A stretch of DNA of 64,000 bases from Yuukianura sp. NJ FZ-2021 (Eukaryota), in the NCBI GenBank assembly GCA_046563655.1, contig CM102287.1, forward strand, positions 10,664,001-10,728,000, written 5' to 3'. Below are positions 1 through 15,600 of the stretch, piece by piece (positions within the stretch are counted from its first letter, which is position 1; every line of letters begins with the position of its first letter). The notes beneath the pieces are model-generated. The model was not told the origin of the DNA, searched no databases, and was given only the letters and a program-made list of their open reading frames with translations. A program made the position numbers and the translations under genes.

Positions 1-812
1 AGAACCGTTTCCTGGAAAAAGTCGAAATATCTCGGGAACGCGTGGTGTTACGAGGGAACGCCTTACATTTTTGAACTCAGCGACCAAAAATCTATCAGGA
101 ACAAATGCAAAAAGTTGGGAGAACCGTTTCCTGGAAAAAGTCGTAATATCTCGGGAACGCGTAATGTTACTTGGAAACGCCTTACATTTTTGAACTCAGC
201 GACCAAAAATCTATGAGGAACAGGTGCAAAAAGTTGGGAGAACCGTTTCCTGGAAAAAGTCGAAATATCTCGGGAACGCGTGGTCTTACGAGGGAACGCT
301 TTACATTTTTGAACTCAGCGACCAAAAATCTATCAGGAACAAGTGCAAAAAGTTAAGAGAACCGTTTCCTGTAAAAAGTCGAAATATCTCGGGAACGCGT
401 GGTGTTACGAGGGAACGCCTTACATTTTTGAACTCAGCGACCAAAAATCTATCAGGAACAAATGCAAAAAGTTGGGAGAACCGTTTCCTGGAAAAAGTCG
501 AAATATCTCGGGAACGCGTGGTGTTACGAGGAAACGCCTTACATTTTTGAACTCAGCGACCAAAAATCTATGAGGAACAAGTGCAAAAAGTTAAGAGAAC
601 CGTTTCCTGGAAAAAGTCGAAATATCTCGGGAACGCGTGGTGTTACGAGGAAACGCCTTACATTTTTGAACTCAGCGACCAAAAATCTATCAGGAACAAA
701 TGCAAAAAGTTGGGAGAACCGTTCCCTGTGAAAAATCGTAATATCTCAGGAACGCGTGGTGTTACGTGGGAACGCCTTACATTTTTGAACTCAGCGACCA
801 AAAATCTATCAG
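1..812. repeat. Tandem array of ~119-bp units (~6.8 copies, truncated by window start)
   Basis: The unit agaaccgtttcctggaaaaagtcgaaatatctcgggaacgcgtgg...gaactcagcgaccaaaaatctat...aaaagttggg recurs at about 1, 120, 239, 358, 477, 596 and 715. Confidence 0.97.
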
Positions 813-1119
813 AATGCAGCCCAAAGAAGTGGAAAATGCGTTCCGTCTTAAGAGTCCAGTTTAAATGAAAGTTTTTTTTCCAGTTTCTGCCATTTTTATC
901 TATGAACCAGCCGCGTTGGAGCTTGGCCAATATGTACATGTTGTAGTGCGTCAAATTGTGCAACTTTTGACACCAACTGCAGAAAAAAATAAGGGGTCTT
1001 TATCTGGAGAAATTTGCGTTTAAAGTTGCCAACATGGTTTTTTTTTTCAGTTTCTGCCACTTTTATCCATAAAGCAGACGCGCTAGAGCTTAGAAATACC
1101 TGCATTTTTGGTGTTTTGA

Positions 1120-2445
1120 AATTTCGAAAAATTTCCACTTTTCATACCACATCGTCCTACGGAATTTGATGCCAAAATTTGAAAAACAAAACAAAAGAAG
1201 TACAGAAAAAGAATCACATCATCAAGATTTTCTCAACTTTTTCACCCCTTTTTCACTCTTTCCGTTACAAAGTTGTGAATTTTTAAAGTTTTTTGAATTT
1301 TGAAATTAAGTTTGAATGGAGGAAAAGTTGAGGGATTAGCCCATTCAAAAGTCATCACTTTTCGATTCAACTTTTTCATCCCCCCACAAACACTCATTTT
1401 TGGCAGTTTTTCACTTCAAAAAATTTCCACTTTGCAGCGATTTCTGTGGCTCCAGCGCTCGGATCTAGTCATACGACATGGTCCTAAACAATTTGAGGTC
1501 AAAATTTTAAAAAATAAAAAACGAGAAGTATAGAAAAAAAACACAGCATCAAAATTTTGACAGCTTGAGGGTGCTTTTTAGAATTTTTTAAAAATTCTAC
1601 ACATTTTTCTGAATTCAGGCGTGTAGAGTAAAATTCTCAATGTCTTTCCGTTAAAAAGTTATGAATTTTTAAAGTTTTTTGAATTTTGAAATTAAGTTTG
1701 AATGGAGGAAAAGTTGAGGGATTAGCCCATTCAAAAGTCATCACTTTTCGATTCAACTTTTTCATCCCCCACAAACACTCATTTTTGGCAGTTTTTCACT
1801 TCAAAAAATTTCCACTTTGCAGCGATTTCTGTGGCTCCAGCGCTCGGATCTAGTCATACGACATGGTCCTAAACAATTTGAGGTCAAAATTTTAAAAAAT
1901 AAAAAACGAGAAGTATAGAAAAAAAGCACAGCATCAAAATTTTGACAGCTTGAGGGTGCTTTTTAGAATTTTTTAAAAATTCTACACATTTTTCTGAATT
2001 CAGGCGTGTAGAGTAAAATTCTCAATGTCTTTCCGTTAAAAAGTTATGAATTTTTAAAGTTTTTTGAATTTTGAAATTAAGTTTGAATGGAGGAAAAGTT
2101 GAGGGATTAGCCCATTCAAAAGTCTTCACTTTTCGACTCAACTTTTTCAACACTCATTTTTAGTCGTTTTTCACTTCGAAAAATTTCCACCTTGCAGCGA
2201 TTTCTGTGGCTCCAGCGCTCGGATCTAGTCATACGACATGGTCCTAAACAATTTTATGTCAAAATTGTAAAAAATAAAAAACGAGAAGTACAGAAAAAAA
2301 GCACAGCATCAAAATTTTGACAGCTTGAGGGTGCTTTTTAGAATTTTTTAAAAATTCTACACATTTTTCTGAATTCAGGCGTGTAGAGTAAAATTCTCTA
2401 TCTCTTTCCGTTCAAAAGTTATGAATTTTTAAAGTTTTGGAAATT
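1120..2445. repeat. Tandem array of ~385-bp units (~3.3 copies)
   Basis: The block tccgtt...aaagttatgaatttttaaag recurs at about 1261, 1646, 2031 and 2407, with the intervening sequence nearly identical between copies. Confidence 0.95.
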
Positions 2446-3920
2446 TAAATTTTCGGGGGAGAGAATTTTGTATTTGTTTGTGAAGGAAGCTGCTGGGAAA
2501 CCATTCGAGCTGACAGGAGGTTGTACGACCCAAAAAGGTTTCTTGCCCTCCCTCTTACTTTTACCCGCAACGCAAACTCCCATACAAAAAGCATTACAGG
2601 AGGAACCTTCCTATCTGCCTCTTTACTCCGTATAATCTCCGATCTCATTCTGCTTTCTCTTACTTACATCTCTCTTCTCTTGCAAAACTCCCTTTCCAAA
2701 ACACATGAATTCTTTCTTACCTGTGTTCTAAATTTTGAAAATTTCGACTTTGCAGCGATTGCTGCACGTTCTTCGCTTGGATCAAATTACACAACAACAT
2801 TCTTCGTCATTTGTCATCAAGAAACGCTTCGAACGACGTCCAGGTTGCTTACTTTACTCCAGAATAGTCGCGCTGCATGGAAATGATGTTGACCCCCTTA
2901 TGAAAGAACACTAGAATTGGGAAAATGAAGGACTTGACTTGGCGATTTGTTGAAGTTGTCTTTTAAGTTTGTTATTGATTTTGATGATACATTGACAATG
3001 ACAAGTTGATATAATATTCATGATATTCCAAGGGGCAAAACGTACAACTAAGGGACAAATTTAATCAAAGGGTCCACCGTCAACGCCTTAAATGTCCTTC
3101 AAACCGCATTTACCTTCCGAACAATGTAACTTTTTGAGTCGGCGTTGAAATGCTTGGTGGGTGTAGGATAGATTGTGTTGGCGTTGGTGGGAAGAGGGCC
3201 CGAATAGCATAAGCTCGATATTTGTGTTGGGTGGGTCGAGGGCAAAGGCCATTCTGCGATATGTCTCATCCTAAAGCCCTCTGCTTACTGCGACCCACCT
3301 GCCCCACCGGAAATTACAGAGTTATTGAATGCAAGTGGAGACTATTGTGCAAGAATCCAAAAGTACTTGTAGGGTTTACACATGAGTTCTATCACAGAGA
3401 CGGTAGAAGTTGACTTATTCCGAAGTGAGTCTCTCCTAAAAGTTGAAAGTTATTGTTAAAGTACATGTCCAAGAGAGAGCCCAAATGGGGAGAAAGTCCC
3501 CGTGTCTTTTTGGCACCTTATCATTTGTTTTAGCCACCAACCAATACTGATGCGTTCCAACTATCCTAACTAAATATTACTTTGTCCACAGTCCAAACCA
3601 ATTCCGACACTTGAGTCGGAATGGCTTCACAATTGAAAATTATTGGAGTGGGAGAAAATGGAAGAGCACAAAGACGCTCCTTCAAATCCAAAGTAGTTAA
3701 CACTTAAGAGGTGCATGACCTAGACCTACGTTTCAAGTGCATATTGCTCATTCACAAATAAATTCCCACCTATTCCTATGCTTAATCTCGATTAAAAGAC
3801 CAGAGTAGCTCCTCCGAAGAGTTGAGTAGAAAAAGGAAACGAATAGTCCGACAGTTTGAGTTGCCCACACTGTTCCCAGTGGATGGTGGAAGTGACTAGA
3901 CGTGGAAGTGAGTCAGTGGA

Positions 3921-4044
3921 CTAGTGAATGGGTGCTCGTAGAATGGGGCTGGGTGCTGTGATGTAGAAGCCTGGACTGGGCCCTGACACGCCTGTCGGAA
4001 ACACCAAACCACCGCCAGCCAACGTCGCCGTCTCCATGGCCAAC
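3921..4044 (-). CDS. mub: Alternative terminal coding exon of PCBP/mub (RLAMETATLAGGGLVFPTGVSGPSPGFYITAPSPILRAPIH*)
   Basis: Acceptor ttgcag| at 4045 is phase-compatible with the donor at 5148, and the frame is open to TAG at 3923-3921. It resembles the R-x-x-MET...PIH C-terminus I recall from insect PCBP isoforms. Confidence 0.75.
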
Positions 4045-4692
4045 CTGCAAATCAAACAACAGGATTAGAAACTGGTCCAGTTTGGTGGGCACATTAATCA
4101 CTTTCTCTCAAACTTGTCAAAACTTGTTCCAATTGAAAAGAAAAATTAAAATTGTAGGGGGAGGAGTGGTGCTAAAAAGTTATAGTTGGAAGTATCTGTT
4201 GAATTTGGGGGAGAAAGGCGGGAATGAGGAGGTTGATAGATTTAAGAGTGGCGACGTTGAGAGAAAGGCAAAGTAGAACAAAAGTAAATGGATGCTTACG
4301 ACTTTGGTTGGGTGGGAGTAGCAGGTTTAAATATTTTAGTTGGACTGTTGTTGGAATTCGGATGTCGTGCGAGGAAAGTAAGTCTGAATCCAGGCCAAAG
4401 TGAGGTAGGACAATTCCGGGAGGGGAGCAGTTGATGTTGAGAGCATGGAGGACTCCGTGGATCGTTGGATGGAGAAAACTGAACTGAAGCAGTGTCGAGT
4501 TGGGAGATGGTTGAGGGGAAGTAGCCAGAGAACATAACAAAAGATGACCTTGGGAACAGGTGAAACTACTCACATTTATTTGGAAACTGGACCCCTGTCC
4601 ACATTTGTCCAACACAAACAATTACATAAAATGAGTTAAAAAGATAGTGAATGCACTACTTGATGTACTAAATATTTGAAAGTGTTTGTGAG

Positions 4693-9034
<4,342 letters not shown>

Positions 9035-11105
9035 TTCAAGTACACTCAAATGTCTTTAGTCAATTCCTCTCCCAAGATCCCCTGAAACACAAACACAAGT
9101 TAGTTGGGAGAAAGCCATTTCCATACTCTTAATGTGTACTTTTCCAATTCCCCTCCCAATTAATCCCTCATTACTCCGCTGGACTGTGGACCCTTAAGGG
9201 AACGCTTTGGCCCACCTAAATAATGAAGTAGCCTGCCCTTGCCCAATGAAGCAGTCCAAGTACCCTCCAGAGTGAACCAAACTAAGGGATGCCCACTTTC
9301 TGTTCCAATTCCATCCACCATGCACTAATTCCTCGGAACAACGAAATCCCAGAGCCACTCAACTTAGAACCTCTGTCCACTTCCTCCCTGATTTACTCCT
9401 GCCTCACTTTGTACTCTGCTCCGAAGAGAGTGGAGACACAATGGACCTGTCACTGTGCCAATTCAGACACAATGGGAATCTACATGAGGAGACAACATTC
9501 CTCACCCTTGGCATCTTCTCCCAGAAATCAAATGTCCCAAATCCCACGTTTACAACCACTCCCCAAATAAACTACGGGAGGAATTTAGGTGATTCCAACA
9601 ACTTTGGAAGTCTGTTTCAGAGTTAGTCTCCAAGGACAAGAGTACTAAACTAACTCAGAGGAACTAAGTTGTGTGGATGACTTTGTTTCCACTTTGTGTG
9701 TGGAATGCTAATGGTCCATCCATCTCTGGAAGGAAGTAATGAAGACAAATCCAAATCCACCTTAGCCCATTCATCATTCACTGGATCCGACTCCAGTTGA
9801 GGCCGTGGAAGGTGGGCTAATGAGGTTCTCAACACATGATGGAGGGTTAATTTCACGGGTGAGGGGGCAGAGGGTGTCTGGGGAATGGCCTTGGCACATC
9901 ATTACAACAAAGTAGCATAGTAATGGATTCAGAGGGAGTGATGCGTAGCATAATTAGATTCCAACCTCTGCCTCCCCAACTATTGATCCAGGTGAGTGGT
10001 CAATCCGAGGAGAAAGTGGGGGTAAAAATCAATAGGACTTTGTGTTCATTATTTAGACTTTCTCCTTCCTTACTTTCTCCATCCAAATAACAAAGTATGC
10101 ATTGTTACTTTCTCCTTAGGAAATGGAAGGAATTAAATGAGGAGTTAAGAGTGATGATGAGTCTACTCATCCAGCCATCAATCATACACACTTCCATTAA
10201 TCACTCCGCCCAATCAAAATCATACACTCCCCATCTAACAAAACCCAATACCCAGTTAACTTTAAACACAAACCTCTAGTGGGAATACATTTCTAATGCA
10301 GAATAGCACCACATTCACTATCTAAATTTCCAACAGAGATCAATGATCAATTTTTTAACTTCAAAAATTGACAAGAATTAAAGAAAAAAGTGAAATTAAC
10401 TGAAAATTTCATCGATGTTTTTTTTATTTCACTGAAACAAATTGAAAAAAAAACGTGAAAGAAATTGAAATATTTGAGTGAAATATATTAAAGAAGCCGC
10501 AAAGGTGTTATTTCATTGCATGCATTCTTTTCATTTTCCAGTGAAAAGTGAAATATTTCAGATGTAAAACACTGCAAGAGTAGGACGCCATTAAACTCCA
10601 CCACAAAAATGGACCGACTAAAAATTCGACCAAAAATAAAAATGGATAGACTAAAACTCCGTCCAAAAATATGTGGATTTGAATGGGGACTGGGGTTGTA
10701 CAATGGATGAATTTTTGGTAAAATGGCATGGACCCTTAGCGTTAGCCCTTACAATGAGTCCACCATTGTATTTTCAACAAACCAAATCGACTACTCACAA
10801 ATCCAAACGTTGGCCCTACTTCCAATAATGGACCAAAGTGCCTCTGGTGATGCATTACCTTTCAGTTCAGACGTCTCTCTCCCTCAACTTTCCATAAAAT
10901 TTAAAATAAGTACCCAATTCCTGAACCAAAAGATAAAACTGAAAATTGTTCAATCACATAGGGCCAATTTCAATTCTACTGACATTGGTAAGATGCGTCG
11001 TCATTTTTTCAGTTAGGTCAACACTAACTTCCCTAATCTGACTGAATACATGAACCTAGTAACTATTAATGAACTAATGGGTTTATTACAAACCTTGCCT
11101 AGCAT

Positions 11106-11371
11106 CAGGTGGTGGCAAAAACGTCCTAGCGACCAAAAACCGATTTTCTAAATGTAAACAAACTCTCGCAGTGACATCATTCCGAGAAAATACAGGTTCA
11201 TCAAAGTTTTTAAGCTAATTTTGAATTAACAGCGAAAGTTTCGAGGCTAAAATGATGAAAATGTTGAACAACACTGTAAATGAGCTAATTTCGATGAAAA
11301 AATTCCCATAGTAACGATATTTTGAAAAAACAATCCTAAAGGACCTTACCTCTAGTATTCTATGTACCTTG
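11106..11371. mobile_element. Degenerate MITE-like insertion flanked by a 9-bp direct repeat
   Basis: gcctagcat occurs at 11097-11105 and 11372-11380. The right end ...ctctagtattctatgtaccttg looks like a transposon terminus, but no matching left TIR is visible. Confidence 0.45.
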
Positions 11372-12623
11372 GCCTAGCATAATCGCCACGATTTAAAAGT
11401 GCTGGATGAGATCAGATTCTTATATGTGTAAATGAGCCACCAACAAACATCAAATCAAAAGCTACTTAATCCAATGGTGATCACTTAAAACTTAAAAGTG
11501 ACTGTTGATGTTTAGAATTCATCAATTAATTGATGAATTCCTGCTTAAATCATATGTTAGAGAAGAGGACCTTGGTCTTACCTTGTAGGCGGTTGAATGA
11601 AGCGTAGAGGAAGCCGTAGGTGGTTGAGGTGGGTCCAGATAGTGGTGGTGGGGTGGTGGGTAGGTCGTGGATGCTGAGGAAGGACAAGGGAAGGTCAAGG
11701 GGTCAAAGTCTGTTGAGAGCCTCAGTTCCTGTGCTATTCCTTGGTTGTGATGTGCTCTTGCGGAGAGAGAGTGCAGTAGTGACTTTGAAAGTGAAGCTGT
11801 TCCCTCCAATGCAACGATGAGACTGAGACTCTTCCGAACTCAACCTCCCTCTCCAACGCAACTCTCCGAATCCCAAATAGCCAAAGCACAAGTCCACACC
11901 GAAGTAACGAGGCTATCCCCGACCTACCAACAAATTCAGTCCGAATTAACATCCACTCACAATTAATTGCACAATAATTCTGTCACATTCATCACCATCT
12001 CAAACTCACCCAGTTCCAGTTTCCAATTCAAATTGAGCACAAGTGAAGGTGTGCAGGGTGATCGATGAAGCGGAAATGAGAATTGTAAGGAAGGCAGGTA
12101 GAAGAATGGGAAGTGGAGACAGAGCTCCTCAAACTTTCTCGGATGGAAATTTGTGACTGGATTGTGTAACGGTTAAGGAAAAGCGAGGGGAAGAGAGAGA
12201 ATATTTGAATTTGAAGCATAAATAAAATGGAAGTGAGTCTGTTGGAGCAGAAGAGACACAGGTGAGGAGAGATTGAGGATTTGGAATGGAATTGGAAGGA
12301 GTTCCCAGGGGAGATGATCCATGAATAGCCTCCAACTACGCATCTCTTGTCTGGACACTCTGGATCTGTTGTCCTTGATAAACAAAAGAACATGAGGATT
12401 TGTTTGATGAGGAATAGAAGTATAATGTTGATGGGAAGTGGGTGACAGGAGTCAGGACCACTCCTCCTAATTACCTCATCTATTGTGCAAACTATTGTGC
12501 AATTCCAGAATTTTAGTCCAGTTCTTTCCTCCGTTGTGGTTATTTGCCCACTTCTCTATAAATTGAGTAGTTGAGAGTTGTAGTAATAACATTAGAGAGT
12601 TACGTCCTAAGTTTGTTGTAGAG

Positions 12624-15600
12624 ATGGACTTGCCGAGTGTCGCTTATGACGAAGTGTTGACAGAAGAAGAGCTGGAACGGATCCAGGCGGAATTCGGACG
12701 AGTAGGAAGTAAGTCCTGGAACTTTACAGAGACACTTAATTAGTAAATCAAACAGAAACAAAAGTAGCAACTCAAGGAACAATTCTCCAAACCCCCACAT
12801 CCCTCCCATAACTTTGTGCAAACACTCTCCCAATTTCTAATTTCTTACAAAAATGAAACAGTTTCAGCTCGGCTAAAAAGTTTCCTTATTCATGGGAAAG
12901 GAAGGCTGGAGTGCATAAAAAAGCTGTCAGTTTCAGGAGAAGGGAAGGCACATAAAATTTGAAAAGTCGAGAGAAGTTTGTGAGAAAAAGTTTAAAGTTT
13001 GTGTAAAAAGTAGGAAAGTTGAGGGGAGTGGGGGGCAGGTGAAATGGAGAAAGGAGAAATGCTGTTCCTTTGATTCATTAAACTCTCATTTCTGGAAAGT
13101 GAGTTGCGTAAGAGAGTGATCAGAAGTGGAAAGGAATTGATTGGAGAAAGCTGTTTGATGGGCTTTGGACGGATTCATGTTAATTGTTCCTTGCTCAGAG
13201 TTTTGATTGGTTTCAGATGAAATCTACTTGGACCATGCTGGGGCGACCCTGTACCCAGACAATCTCATCAAAGCCTATGCCTCTACGCTTCTGGAAGGCG
13301 TCTTTGGGAATCCGCACTCTCGAAATCCATCGAGCAGTGCCTGCACTGATGCCATCGATAGGATCCGCACCAGGTGAAAGATGGCTGGGTGGGCCAAGAT
13401 AAATGTTCTACCTGCCTCCATTCCTAATCCCCTCCACTAATTACTTTCTTCAACAAAAGTGAAAGTTCAAGGGAAGAGAAGAGTAAATAGAGGAAATTTC
13501 CATATCCAACTACCCACTTGATAGAGCCTCACAAAAGAAGCGGGAAAGCAATTTGGGAGAGAAAAGTTGGAGAGCGGCTCTCTGCCGATTGGAATCAATG
13601 AAAGGGAAAGTTGGAAGGAAAGTCAAAGAGCCTTATTTCCCACCCTCCCTTTCGAGTAGGTTCAAAAGTGATGAAAATCCCAGGGAATCCCTTCAGGAAT
13701 ATTTGGATTACCACCAGCCACTTCCCTTGCTCAAATGAAGGATTCACATGTACCCTTGAGGGGCCCTTAGCCTAGAATTCAAATCCGACTTACTTGGTCT
13801 GCTCCTTGAAGCGGATTCCTCCCTCGAGAACATTCCATCCCTCCACGATTCCATGTTTCCAGTGAGAATGGAAGCCTAAAAGAGAAAGTGAATTGGATTA
13901 TTCGTTGGTTTATGGGAAGAGAGTAACGATTATTGTTGGGCATAAGAGCTCTCCCAGTGTCAGCTTGAAGAATGTTCCCATTTATTGTGAGGTTCAGGTG
14001 TGAGGGCCCTTATTCACCTGAGCACTTTCCCTCTGGAGTGAAGGACTCCAAGGAAAGTGGCAATCCGTCTCCCTCTCTCCTAATTGGGAATGTTGACACA
14101 AGTGACAAAGGGATTTGGCTTTCCATTTGCTTACATCTAACGAGATCCTTCGTCCTGGCACTCATGGTCCACAATTCTGAATTCCATTTCCCTCTTCCTT
14201 CCGTCCTTTCGTAGACCCTTAGTTGAGGACATGGACTGTAGCAAGCATGGTTGGTTTTCCAGAATCCTGCGTCACTTTGGGACGGACTCGGACGAGTATG
14301 CAGTGATCTTCACTTCCGGAGCCACTTCCGCCCTTCGATTGGTTGCGGAGAGCTTCAGGTTCTACGGCGGTAATGAACAGAGACCTTGGTTAGGTTCCAA
14401 ATGAGCTCATCTCCCTTTGTGGTTTATCCTTACCTTGCAGGGCCCTTTGTCTACATGGAGGAGAGTCACACTTCCGTCGTAGGAATGCGCCAAGTGGTGG
14501 CAGCCACAGCACCTTGCGGTCAAATCTTCGCCATTCCAGCGGATGTCATGGCAACAGCACTCCAGCACCCTTCCAGCACTCCAAACCACATCACCAACGC
14601 ACGTCTTGACGATTGTGAAGATGACGAAAGGTGAATGCAAATGAAACAACTGAAAAATGAGACTGAGGTCATGAGAGTGACTGATGACACCAATGTAAAT
14701 GGACACAAATGTAAACAAAGGAAAAGAAAGACAAATAATTCTCCGCAATTCCACTAACGGCTCCCTTCCGCACAACTCGTCACCCTTTAGCGTCTTTTTT
14801 TCACAGATGGGCACGCATTATTCTGATTTTTTTTTACAATTTATTTTTATATGCTCTTATTGTCACATTTAGTACAAAATCATACTCAAAATCACCAATT
14901 AATTACTAAAAAAAACTTTTTTATATATTTAGATACATTTTAATGTAAATTTGCTTTTTTTGATAAAGTTGTAACGAATTATTTTCAAACTTAAAATTAA
15001 TTATTTTTTCTCGCGTTGCCCAGATGTGTCTGTATGTGAAAGCGGCCAGGTGGTGTAAGTTGCAAGTTTTAGTGAAACACAAGAACGCTTTCACGCGAAC
15101 CGGAAGCCATCTTTCACTCTCACAGCTTTCCCTTTCCATTTATTTCTCACTCCCAAATAACAGTCTATTATAAACGTTTTTATAACGATTTCAAACTAAA
15201 AAAGACGTTTCTGATGATGTTGATTTGTGTTTCAGACAGCCGAATGCCTTGGTGGCATTTCCAGCTCAATGCAATTTCTCTGGAACCAAGTACCCTCTCA
15301 AGTGGATTGAGACCATTCACAAACATGGACTGAGCAGTGATGATTTAAATGGTCACTCCATCCACGGGAGGTCACAAGGTCATTTGCCAAAAGATCTAAA
15401 GTGGTACGTCATGTTGGATGGAGCTGCTTTCGTTGGGACCAACCACTTGGATTTGGCCACATTCCGACCAGACTTCACTGCCATCTCATTCTACAAAATG
15501 TTTGGATTCCCCACTGGTCAGTTTCACTTTCATCTTCCACAATTTGAAAGTTCACCTCAAAACCCACACGAATTAAATTCCACTCCTACTTCCAAAAGTC

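Larger units (their letters stand above)
1..3087. mobile_element. Probable non-autonomous DNA element carrying two internal tandem arrays (left end outside window)
   Basis: Two adjacent arrays with no credible ORF, and related fragments elsewhere (2733-2761, 42240-42340). A candidate terminus ...ccaccgtcaacgcc|ttaa lies at 3087. The boundary is inferred. Confidence 0.45.

Noticed and set aside
171..963. Several similar ORFs, and a possible CRISPR-like pattern, in the first kilobase
   Set aside because: These are translations of a 119-bp head-to-tail repeat with frame drift. There are no unique spacers and no cas genes, and the context is eukaryotic.
10480..10750. Possible transposon remnant with short aaaatgga...actaaaa repeats ending cccttagcgttagccc
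   Set aside because: No matching opposite end or target duplication was found, so the boundaries and family are unsupported.
11522..11809. Pro/His-rich minus-strand ORF as a PCBP N-terminal extension
   Set aside because: It starts at TTG, and joining it to the 9081 acceptor meets stop codons before the PCBP ATG. It is more plausibly a 5' UTR exon.
14407..14814. 135-aa Cys-rich minus-strand ORF
   Set aside because: It is largely antisense to MOCOS exon 4 and matches no family pattern.
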